A program made the position numbers and the translations under genes. Positions 56,381 through 64,000 of a stretch of DNA of 64,000 nucleotides are shown here, piece after piece. The DNA is from Eledone cirrhosa (lineage: Eukaryota). The notes below the pieces were generated by a model. That model did not search any database. It was not told the origin of the DNA and saw only the letters and a list, made by a program, of their open reading frames with translations. The stretch is from contig OZ024743.1 of the NCBI GenBank assembly GCA_964016885.1, forward strand, positions 106,268,001 to 106,332,000, given 5' to 3'. The stretch's first letter is position 1, and each line of letters begins with the position of its first letter.

Positions 56381-56472
56381 TAAAATAACAGATTAAAGTT
56401 TAAGCAAAGGATCGATGCTTTCACCCTAGGGTGAAAGCAGCTATTCTTTAAACTGTAATCTGTTATATTAAT
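56378..56472. repeat. Fold-back palindrome with perfect 24-bp core TGCTTTCACCCTAGGGTGAAAGCA
   Basis: Arms ATAACAGATTAAAGTTTAAG / CTTTAAACTGTAATCTGTTAT; next to (TA)n. Confidence 0.85.
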
Positions 56473-56588
56473 AAATATTTGCTCCATTGTTATATATATA
56501 TTTTCCTACATATGTATATATATATATATTAACCTTATTGAGCCCTCTTCGGATTTCATTCCGTGCATTTATTATTATTTCTATACAG

Positions 56589-56681
<93 letters not shown>

Positions 56682-56684
<3 letters not shown>

Positions 56685-58546
56685 CGAAGGAAATGTGGTA
56701 AGGAACCAGGTGGACCATAACGCACCAAAGTACTCAATACTTAGGGTAGTAGAGTGGGTAATAGGAACGAGTAGGACCCCGATGGCTGAGCTCAAGCTGT
56801 TTCGACGGCTAATTCTGGACTAAATGAACATTTTTATCCTGGTATATGAATAGCCGAGCTTCTCAGGGGGTAATTCCATATATGGTAAAAGTGATTGTCA
56901 CAAGGATTGGTCAAAGTTTGTTGTTGAGACACATAATTCTATCATGGCAATTCGTGGAAGGAAGGGGTGGCTGACCCTCCCAGTAGAAGAAAGAGGGAGA
57001 GGGGGTGGAGGAAACCCAGTCGTGCGTTGATAGTGCCAACTACAGCAGGGCAGGAGGTCAAGGAAGTATACTAGTGAGGGGGATGGGGAGGAAGTAGAAA
57101 CAATAAGTAAAACAATATGGGGTAAATATATAGAAGAATACCGAGAATGTTAAAAAAACAATTAAATATTTAAAAAAAAACAATTTCTGGTTACTATTCC
57201 CTAACGACAGCCATCAAGTCTCTCACTGGTACTGCTAGACTATAGAAGAGTTTACTAGGTGGGACGGAATTATAATGAGACCCTTTTAAGAGGTAGTAGT
57301 AATCAACCGAGTATATCTTACTGTGACGGGTCAACAAGTGGGGGGCCAAAATACTAAAGAAACTACCACGAAATAATAATTCAGAGTCCCGAGAGAAATA
57401 CAAAATAATTGTTTCTACCCTAGGCACAAGCCCAGCAACCACCCAGTGCAAACAATACACATCACCAATAACCTGGTTAAAAACATCTCCCTCCGCATAT
57501 CTATGGAAGAAATAACCTAAATAGCAGTGGAGAGCCGACCAGCAGGTGCAACTGTCCTGATGGATCCATTTGCCCCATCGACAACAGATGCAGAGATCGT
57601 AACATGATCTACCAGTGCAACGTGAGAACGGACACCTCCAACAAAGCTTATATAGGATTAACCGCATGTGACTTCAAAACCGGCTATAACAACACATACA
57701 TACCTTCCAATCCCAGCCCGGCGTCACGCCACCACACTTTGGGCCACATCTGGGACTTCAAGGATAACAATATTAGCTATGATCTCACTTGGAGCTTACT
57801 GTCCAGAGCCAACTCTTACACGGGAGGACGCCGTCCGTGCAATTTATGCTCGGAGGAAACTTTACAAATTCTGTTTTCGACGGACCAACTCCTAAACAGA
57901 AAGACGAACTGGTAACTGCTGGTAAACACAGATTGCGTAGGACTTACGTCGCCTTCAAACCCCATAATGACACGGGGAGTAGACAAGGGCTGTAACACCC
58001 CACTTGCCGACTTTGTAATGGATAATCCCTGCTTGCAAACGTAGACGTAAGATCTGTTATATCTTTTTATCGCTTCCTCTATATTTCCTTCTCCTCCCCC
58101 ATCCCTTCCTAGTCCTTCCACCCCAGTCCTCTTTTTTGTCGTCGTCCTTTTCCCTTTCTCGCCCACCCGAGGCAGCCCCTCGGTCCTTTGTAGCATCAGT
58201 ACCCCCACCCCCTTCCCCTATCCTATGATAGAATTGGCCAACTCCGCTTTTTATAGCAGATGTGATAAACTCCGGATACTTGCTTTCTTATCCGATGGCT
58301 GCCCCTTCTCCGTGTTTTCTACATTTCTTAGTGGTATCTTTGCTTTAATTTCTCGTATATCAGTATTTATTTTTTTTTTATTCTGAATTAATTTTCCGTA
58401 TCAAATTTTTCATATACTTCGTACGAGCATTTATGTAGTTTGCACTAGAAATTTTGTATCGTAGCGGCACCATTAGAGATAGTATTAGTATTCTTTTTAG
58501 GGATTCTGAATTATTATTTCGTATTAATTTATTTTTTGCACTCGTT

Positions 58547-58550
<4 letters not shown>
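56682..58550 (-). mobile_element. PLE with 5' inversion: 3' end on minus strand (56682-57452), GIY-YIG and proximal UTR on plus strand (about 57470-58550)
   Basis: Collinear with 61171-63000 once the plus-strand block is inverted; break at TTTGCACT; mutated HHR at 56776-56871. Confidence 0.85.
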
Positions 58551-58597
<47 letters not shown>

Positions 58598-59463
58598 ATA
58601 TATATATTTATATATATATATATGTCAGGTTATGAATCCCGACACATTCAGCGTGTCATAATATATATACATATATCAGCCTTCTTTCTTTCCCTCTTCA
58701 CGCCCTGGGGTGAAGTGGTATCTTGTCTTTAAAGTGTAAGAATATCCTAGACACCCAGTAGACAACTGATGAGACCCCCCCCCCCTGTTCTTGCTTTCTT
58801 CGTATTCCCACTGCATTTTAAGTTACCTTAAATAGCAACTACACAGCCATTTCTATTCTCTCTCTCTCTATATATATATATATGTACATATGATTTTAAA
58901 ATTAATTTATATCTTTAAAGACTTAAATTATTTTAAAATCCCATACATATATATATATGCATGTATCTGTGATATATGGCTATGCTAACTTATAAAACAC
59001 ATCTAAAAGATGTTGGGCATTTCCCTCTAGTTATATGCAAAAATGTGGCTTAGATTGATATATGTTTGAAGTACAATTTGACAGGTTGAAGAAGATCAAG
59101 TAATTAGGCATCAACTTTTGTGGTAATTTCACATAAAAATCTGGAGTGTCATGGTTATTGCAGTTTTATGCACAAAAGTGGTCCAAATTGTTATCAGTTT
59201 GGATACTCAGGTGAGTAGGCACAGGAATTTGTAGTTCTTTCGTGTCCTCAAAGGGGAGTGTTGCTATGTATTGAATATGGACAGTGTCAGTTTATGTCTT
59301 TTTCGTGTGTTCAATAGTCAAGTTGATATTGTATTTCTATCAATCACATAAGTTCAAAATTACGAGAATATTCTTTATGCATATGTTAGTCTGTTTTGTA
59401 TTTGTATAAAAATAGTTTATTTAACTCACTCGTCCGATCAATAGCAACAAGAAAAGTAGTAAT

Positions 59464-59806
59464 AATTGTTTATACTTTTGGCACAAGGCCAGCAATTTTC
59501 CTAGTGTATTACTGGTACTTTATTTTATAGACACCATAAGGATGAAAGGCAAAGTTAACCTCGGCGGGATTTGAACTCAGACAATAAAGGACCGTAACTC
59601 TTTGCTTGCAAAGCATGGCGTCTGACCCTCTAGCGATACTGCCAATCGGACGCCATGCTTTGCAGCATACAGTTGCGGCTCTTTATGATGTGAGCTCAAA
59701 TCCCGCCGAGGTTAACTTTGCCTTTCATCCTTACGGGGTCGATACAATAAAGTACCAGTAATACACTGATTGAATTGCTGACCTTGTGTCAAAAGTAGAA
59801 ACAATT
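59464..59806. mobile_element. Head-to-head inverted SINE pair
   Basis: Minus-strand copy 59464-59646 directly abuts plus-strand copy 59647-59806. Confidence 0.88.
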
Positions 59807-60189
59807 ATTACTATCAACATCTTAATTATAATGGCAACTATGATAATAATGCTCCAATCTGCGAAATGAACAAGAATTGTACGTGACTGTGTGTATGCAT
59901 GTATGTGTATGTGTGAGCGTGCGTGTTTAGGTGTGTGTGTAAGTGTGTGTGTATGTGCGTATGTATGCGTGTGTGGCAATGCCGATTTATTCCCTTCTAC
60001 GTTCGGGTAGAGAGGGTCATGTGATATAATAATAATAATGGTAACAACAGCAATAATAATGATGATAATATTTCCATTAGTAAGGTTGAAATATAATCTA
60101 TTCAGATGTAGTTTGTATTTTTGAATAAATATATTGAAGAATGAATAAATACAAAATCAACTCGAGATACATTCAATAATCTATACTGT

Positions 60190-60750
60190 ATCTCAACACA
60201 TAATCCAAGAAATACAGTCATACCACATTATCCATAGGATCATCCCACTATTGAGACAATACCCGAGAATGAAAATATCCCTCGCAAAACGTAAAATAAT
60301 AGGAAATCAAAATTGTTGAGGAACTACTCACCAGCACCAAATTACCTACCACTAAAACGACACCAACAGTCAAGACGTGTGGGTGGCTTGATTGTGGAAT
60401 TTTCATTAAAATTATTGAAGACACACTATATCAATTTAAATCAAGACCAACATTTTTTTAAAACATCATTTTACCAGTTTATCACAAATGTAATATATTT
60501 AATATATGCCATTAAATGTAAAGAATGAAACAAATATTGCATAGGGCAAACCACACTCTCCATCAGAAATAGAATGACTATTCACCTCCAACGTATAGGG
60601 GAGCCTGCCAGAAGATAATTGCCTGTTAATGAGTATTTAGATTTTCTGCAAAGAACAATTCCCTTAAATTCCAAATTTTTCCACGATATCATTGTCCTGT
60701 TAATGCCACAGTTGAAACACGGCCTTTTAAAAAATAAATATATAGTTATA
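60190..60750 (+). mobile_element. Highly decayed PLE GIY-YIG fragment related to 18267-18800
   Basis: NVIYLIYAIKCKE*NKYCIGQTTLSIRNRMTIH. Confidence 0.7.
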
Positions 60751-60754
60751 TAAG

Positions 60755-61140
60755 GTGTATGCATCACCAAGCCGTCCGGGAACCAGGGGTGGAGTCACTG
60801 TTTTTTTCGAGAGATTTGGATACCGAGATATAGACCATTTTCCTGGACCTAAAGGGTAAATTGTTGGTGATAGGTGTGACTAGCAGCGAAGGGCATGTTT
60901 TTAGGCCAGTGGACTTTTATATCCCAACAGGGGCACGAAGAGCTGATTACTTCAGGCGTCTGGAGAACTTTCTCGGATCGTACGATCTTAAGTGCTAGTG
61001 GGCGATTGGAAAGGTATCTTAGACGCACGCCAGGATTGTGTGGGACTTGCAGACGGGGTTACGGATGTAAAATCCTCACATAGCTGACAGATACCGGCTG
61101 TATTTCCCAGATATGCCAATGTATACATGGTCAAACTGCA
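60755..61140 (+). mobile_element. L1/Tx1-type AP-endonuclease fragment
   Basis: RGGVTVFF..DLKGKLLVIGV..FYIP..YFRRLENFL..VLVGDWKGILDARQDCVG. Confidence 0.75.
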
Positions 61141-61264
61141 TCCTGCCATATATATATATATATATATATATAACGAAGGAAATGTGGTAAGGAACCAGGT
61201 GGACCATAACGCACCAAAGTACTCAATACTTGAGGTAGTAGAGTGGGTAATAGGAACCAGTAAG

Positions 61265-61358
61265 ACCCCGACAGCTGAGCTCAAGCCGTTTCGACGGCTA
61301 ATTCTGGACTAAATGAAAATTTATCCTGGTATTTAAATAGCCGATCTTCTCAAGGGGT
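61265..61358 (-). ncRNA. Type I hammerhead with U3-A8 core, extended stem II and 6-bp stem III
   Basis: ACCCC-TTGAGAA-GATCGGCTA..TAGCCGTC-GAAA-CGGCT-TGAGCTC-AGCTG-TC-GGGGT; GUC triplet. Confidence 0.82.
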
Positions 61359-62457
61359 AATTCCATATATGGTCAAAGTGATTGTCAAAAATCAGTAGTA
61401 ATTCTGTGGTTGCAAATTAGTAGGGGAGATGGTGGCTAAACCTGCCAGTAGGAGAAAGAGGGGAGGGGGTGGAGTAGACCCAATCAAGCGTTGGTAGTGC
61501 CAGCTACAGCTGGGCATGAGGTCAAAGAAGATACAGGGGAGGGGGAGGGGGAGGAAGTCGGAACGGTAGGTAGAACAATGGGGGGTAGAAATAGGAAAGA
61601 AAAAATACTGAGAGTGAAGAAAAGCAAATAAGTGTAAAGAAAAAAGTAAAGTAAATTAAATTCTACGACCTAGGTGTCAGGCTATTGTTAGGCGAGAATA
61701 AAATAAAGAAAGAAAGAAGTAAATAAATAAATAAATAAATAAATAAGGAAATAAGTAAAAGAACTAGGTGGGACGGGATAGGCAAGGACCCTTTTAAGAG
61801 GTATAAATACGTAAATGATACGGTGACGGGTCAACAAAAGGGGCCAAAATACTAAAGAGACTACCACGAAATAAACAATAAAGGTTTCCATCCCGGGCCA
61901 GCAACGACCCAGTGCAGCAAAGTGAACTTGTACGAGATAATAATTCTGAGTCCCGAGAAAAATATATACTAATGCTAACTCTAAAATATCTAAAACAAGC
62001 TACATGAAAGTTCGTACGAAATAAAGGTAGAATACGGAAAAATAAATTCAGAATCCACCCCGCCCAGAAGAAAAGCGAAGCAAGAAATACTGAAACGAAA
62101 AAATAAGGCATAAGTGCCACTAAGAAATATAGAGGGCACAGAGAATAGTGGGAGCGGTCGGAAAAAGGGGGCAAGTATCCGGGGTCTAAGCCAACTGCTA
62201 TAAAGGGCGGAGTCCGCCAAATCTATCATAGACTAGGGGAGGGGGTGATGGGGGTGCTAAGGTTACATGGGGCCAAAGGGCAGCCTCGGGTGGGCGAGAA
62301 AAGACGCCGACAAAGGAGAAGAGCTGGGGTAGAAGGAAAAAGGAGAGAGGGGGGAAGGAAATAAAGGAAGCGATAAAAGAATACAAAGAAGATCTTACGT
62401 CTTCCTTGGCAAGCAGGGGTTACCCATTGCAAAATCGGCAAGTGGGGTGTTATAGCC

Positions 62458-63588
62458 CTAGTCTACCCCCCCCGGGTCATTATGGGGTTTGAGGGCGAGG
62501 TAAGTCCTACGCAATCTATGTTTACATGCAGTAACCAGTTCATCTTTCTTGTTTAGGAGTTGGTCCGTCGAAAACAGCATTTGTAAAGTTTCCTCCGAGC
62601 ATAAATTGCACGGACGGCGTCCTCCCGTGTAAGAATTGGCTCTGGACAGTAATCTCCAAGTGAGATCATAGGTGATGTTGTTGTCCTTGAGGTCCCATAT
62701 GTGGCCCGAAAGTGTAGTGGCGTGACGCCGGGCCGGGTTTCGGAAGGTATGTCTATGTTGGTATAGCCGGGTCTTGAAGTCACATGCGGTAAGTCCTATA
62801 TAGGCTTTGTTGGAGGTATCCGTCCTCACGTTGCACTGGTAGATCACATTACGGTCTCTGCATCTATTGTCGAGTGGGCAAATAGATCTATCCGGGCAGT
62901 TACACCTCCTGCTCGGTTCTCCACTGCTATTTAGGTTATTTCTGCCATCGGGGTTGAGTTTTTTTGTTGTTAGAGGAGACGATGTTTTGTGCGAAGTTTG
63001 GTGTAGTGCTGTAAGAGAGTTTGATGGTATTTTTGTTAATTATGTTGTGGTAGCGGTGTTGTAATGGGAAGTGTTTTTCAATGAGCCTAAAGAATAGTTT
63101 CCCGATGGGAGTAGTCACCTCTGCGTTGTGGGGAGGATTGAACCATGTTACATTGCGTGAGCGGCGGTGTCTCCTGCTGGTTCCGCTAATGGGAGCTGGA
63201 CAGTAGGATATTTCCTCCCGGAAACCACTCCGCTTGAGGGCCTGGTTGTAATAAGGCGCATGTTCATCGAATATCCGCTCATTAGCTGACAAACGGGATA
63301 TGCGGAGGGAGATGTTTTTGACCAGGTTGTTTGTGATGTTCCTAGGATGGTTTGATCGGCGGTGGATGTAGTGCAGATTGTCATTAGGTTTCCTGTATGG
63401 GTAGTACAGGTCGTTTTCGAGGTCGAGGGTTACGTCCAGGAAGTTTACTCGGGTCAGGGACGTTTGTAGGGTTATTTTAAATCCCCAGTCGCGGAAGAAT
63501 CTGATTAATTGTTTCCGGACCCGATCTGTACTACTGGGGTTGTACCCTTTAAGGGTAAGGAGCCCATCATCACGGTACAATCCACCAC
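62458..63588 (-). pseudogene. PLE RT-thumb/GIY-YIG coding remnant (frameshift near 62940, 5' truncated)
   Basis: ORFs 62936-63580 and 62458-62847 join into the C-terminal half of a PLE protein. Confidence 0.85.
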
Positions 63589-63764
63589 TGTATTTTCTTT
63601 GACCTCATGCCCAGATGTAGCTGGCACTACCAACGCTTGATTGGGTCTACTCCACCCCTCCCCTCTTTCTCCTACTGGCAGGTTTAGCCACCATCTCCCC
63701 TACTAATTTGCAGCCACAGAATTACTACTGATTTTTGACAATCACTTTGACCATATATGGAATT

Positions 63765-63858
63765 ACCCCTTGAGAAGATCGGCTATTTAAATACCAGGAT
63801 AAATTTTCATTTAGTCCAGAATTAGCCGTCGAAAGGGCTTGAGCTCAGCTGTCGGGGT
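63765..63858 (+). ncRNA. Mirror hammerhead copy in the inverted terminal repeat
   Basis: Identical to 61265-61358 except C15.2 changed to G (GAAAGGGCT). Confidence 0.72.
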
Positions 63859-63897
63859 CTTACTGGTTCCTATATATATATATATATATATATATTC

Positions 63898-63991
<94 letters not shown>

Positions 63992-64000
63992 TAAAATAGC

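Larger units (their letters stand above)
61171..63872 (-). mobile_element. 5'-truncated PLE (YRDD type) with open RT C-terminus, thumb and GIY-YIG, and an inverted terminal repeat at the 5' end
   Basis: GGLYRDDGL, VNFLDVTLDL, SNHP, WFNPPH, CNCPDRSICPLDNRC, YIGLT, CNLCSEE; 63596-63872 is the reverse complement of 61251-61529; (TA)n flanks. Confidence 0.93.

Noticed and set aside
58766-58790. Isolated CTGATGA followed by a C-run
   Set aside because: No stem II partner or GAAA downstream.

Overview
AT-rich, microsatellite-dense eukaryotic DNA, most likely animal; the SINE and repeat content suggests a cephalopod such as octopus (inference). I recognise no intact host gene, and most listed ORFs are artefacts of (TA)n/(TG)n repeats. 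The window holds about a dozen decayed Penelope-like element (PLE; RT + GIY-YIG) fragments from several subgroups, RTE and L1/Tx1 LINE fragments, about 11 tRNA-type SINE copies, a non-autonomous Helitron and a decayed CUB/Thr-rich pseudogene. The main unannotated signal is about 14 type I hammerhead ribozyme (HHR) motifs from about 9 apparently unrelated sequence families. Some lie at PLE 3' ends. Others lie in short non-coding units (about 320, 430 and 720 bp) arranged as tandem, terminally redundant or fold-back structures inside (TA)n tracts, which makes them retrozyme-like. Three families carry the compensatory U3-A8 core (UUGANAA), and two have greatly enlarged stem II domains. All folds were assigned by eye, and no activity has been tested.
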